The notes below the pieces were generated by a model. That model was not told the DNA's origin and ran no database searches. It saw only the letters and a list, made by a program, of their open reading frames with translations. This document shows, in pieces, positions 62,001 through 64,000 of a DNA stretch of 64,000 nt. The stretch comes from Cyanophora paradoxa CCMP329. Lineage: Eukaryota > Plantae > Glaucophyta. The number at the start of each line of letters is the position of its first letter. The stretch's first letter is position 1. Both the position numbers and the translations under genes were made by a program. Where the stretch lies: NCBI GenBank assembly GCA_004431415.1, contig QPMI01000416.1:186001-250000 (forward strand). Reading direction: 5' to 3'.

Positions 62001-63132
62001 CTCGAGGGATATACAGCAAAACGATTGCGTCGTTTGAGCCTGAGAAATAAACAAGCGAGACTTTTCCCTCATCGTCATCAGAAGGCATGTAAATGCACAA
62101 CTTTAGATCATTCGCGGTCTCGAAACGTCTGAAGATATTTGAGTCTAGCGGTGTCGGCTCAGGGATCATCGTCCAGTCGTATTTGGAAGCGTGCTCTCGA
62201 TAGTGCGTTAGGTCTCGCGCATCAGCACCTGTGGGGGGAGGATGCAGAGCGGCCAGCACAGCGTACTTGAAGCATTGACCTTCGGGCGAGTTCGGATTGA
62301 TTGCGCATTTCTTGTTCTTTATCCAAGTCGGGATTTCAACGGTATTGCGAGCTCCTCCGATCAATCGCAGATGCATGAGTGTATGAACTCTCACGTCCAG
62401 ATAGGTCACCAGCTCCCAGCTGTCATTTGAGTGCTCCACAATGTTATCGATTTCAATCATGTGCCTGAGGAGAACCTCGGACAGATCCTCGCCAGGCAAT
62501 ATCCGCTTGTAATCTGGCTCAAAGATTCTAGGCCTAGAGAACGTCTCATGGACCTCCCCGTTGATGATCTCGATTTTCTTGAATTGACCCCAGGCAGAAA
62601 CCTTCATGATGATTCCCTGGTCTCTCTCGTTTGCATCAGCTACCCGCCGACTCAGGTACTCGACGAAGCCATCTCGGAACTCTGAATTAGTGCGCACGAG
62701 TGCTGCAAGGGATTGGACTGGCTGCAGCTCGAGAGGAATGCGGTCTGTCACTGTGTCGGAAACACCATTCAAAGCAGTCGTTCTCACATAAAACTCGTGC
62801 GCGCCAGCAACCACTCGTATCTGCTGGCCTTCAGGATCAGGCTCATACCCAGGTAGCTCATCGTAGGCCATAGCTCGGTCCGCTGCAATTGTGATTGGGG
62901 CAGCCCTCTCTGAGATACGGCGCCTCGGTCTGAAGTTAAGAGTCTTCAGAGCGTCGACGATAATCTTGTACTTTTGAATTGTCGTAAACCTAGCCCGAGA
63001 GCTGGCCGCCGCAATTCTCAGAATTTTATTTTCAAACACACTTGTTATAACTCCCTGCAAGCGCAAAGCAACGGCATCCGCGAACAGTCTCTGCTTGATC
63101 TCATCTAGCAATCTCTGACGCGACCGCGACAT
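59021..63132 (-). CDS. Protein-primed family B DNA polymerase, Polinton type (frameshift at about 60162)
   Basis: OTU-like QCFKYAV...GHYVWVKN, zinc finger, ExoI FDTE, EndoVII-like CYLC...DHNH..G.YLGAACHGCN, HNLTGFDSH, RKGVFPYEY, GIRGG, FDANALY, DYPLA(PE), KLASNSVFGK, TDTDS, RPKSY, KGI. Confidence 0.95.
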
Positions 63133-63375
63133 TTTCTTTTTCAAATGTAAGACGAGATTATATTTCGAGAGATTCAACGCATCGGTTCTGACGGGACTCC
63201 TTTCTATATTCATACAGATCACGCTCCCTTTAAGGCGTGGGGCGGCACGCAACTGCGTTTCAAAAAATAAGAGGCGGCAAGCAAAAGCTAGCTATAGCCG
63301 GAGGCAAGGCTGCCTCCTTGGCTGCCGCCCCATCTCTTACCACTTACCTCGAACGAATTGTCTTCCAATGTCCAC

Positions 63376-63747
63376 TTACTCTATCATAGGCGACGGGGCA
63401 ACATCGCTAGCCTGCGACTCGACGTCGCTGTTTGTCTGCGACCCCTGAGATGCTGTTTGCGATTCGGTTGATGATGCTGCGAGTTCTGCAGCCCGCTTGC
63501 GCAAACGCCACTGACGATTCACCTCCTTAATCCGCTCGTGCTTTACCGGGTCTGCCATGTACTTGCGGCGTCGCAGACGTTCACCCTCACGATAATGCTC
63601 GATATTCTGCTGACGCCTCAGCCTACGAATCCGGAGGACCTCCTCGTGAGGTATCACAGTCTTCTCGTAGACTCGCACCATCAGCACTTTCATAGCGCCC
63701 TGAGGGGTCAAATCGTTGTTGCAGCTCTGCATTTCCTGCTCATTCAT
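63376..63747 (-). CDS. Small basic viral protein
   Basis: 123 aa with an Arg-rich helix, positionally equivalent to 49122-49376 and preceded by CTTAAAG...TATAATATA. Confidence 0.6.
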   Translation of the reverse strand: MNEQEMQSCNNDLTPQGAMKVLMVRVYEKTVIPHEEVLRIRRLRRQQNIEHYREGERLRRRKYMADPVKHERIKEVNRQWRLRKRAAELAASSTESQTASQGSQTNSDVESQASDVAPSPMIE

Positions 63748-63882
63748 CGATAATAGCGACGGGATTTATTTTTCGATAATATCACGCGATCAGTTCGAGC
63801 GCGCTATTCCTTTTATATTATAGCGGAGCGTTTTCTTTAAGGCGCAATGCCAAGGCATGCTTGCGTGCCGCGTGCTGTTAAA

Positions 63883-64000
63883 ATGAGTTCAAAAAGTGAC
63901 AGCGAATCATCGAGCGACTCATCTTGCGAAAACGACCCCGACAGCACTACGTTTGAGCTTAGATGGCCCGGGCGCACGATCTTCTCTTCCGCTGATCGGA
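63883..64000 (+). CDS. Partial ORF of element 2 (MSSKSDSESSSD...)
   Basis: ATG after an A-rich context, open to the window end. Confidence 0.35.
   Translation, partial: MSSKSDSESSSDSSCENDPDSTTFELRWPGRTIFSSADR

Larger units (their letters stand above)
57733..64000. mobile_element. Second endogenous Polinton/Maverick-like element (element 2), left part only
   Basis: Intronless integrase, canonical pPolB and a small basic ORF in the same order as element 1. Left end uncertain (candidate AG starts at 57733 or 57877); the partner TIR is outside the window. Confidence 0.85.

Overview
Eukaryotic nuclear DNA with many short GT-AG introns and GC-rich host genes. The phytochrome type and intron style suggest an alga, possibly a glaucophyte (inference). 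Left part (1-34 kb): a PAS-GAF-PHY-PAS phytochrome, a SEP/UBX (UBXN11-like) gene divergent from a HAD-IIA (HDHD5/CECR5-like) hydrolase, weakly supported AP2-like and TPR-like genes, two short non-LTR insertions sharing a 3' hairpin-polyA tail, and a self-nested non-autonomous Helitron-like element. Right part (36-64 kb): a very large CUB/Ser-Pro-repeat/Kelch surface-protein gene hit by two different endogenous DNA viruses. Element 1 (43422-54299, 10.9 kb) is a complete Polinton-like virus with 353-bp TIRs, AG...CT ends and a 6-bp TSD (TTCGCT). It encodes an integrase, a PolB-SF1 helicase-HNH fusion, penton, major capsid protein and packaging ATPase, and it sits 7 nt inside a 69-nt host intron whose splicing would restore the host frame. 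Element 2 (from about 57.7-57.9 kb, running off the window) has a canonical Polinton pPolB but shares with element 1 an unusual DD38D integrase, the gene order and a TTAAAG...TATA upstream motif. Exon boundaries of host genes are approximate.
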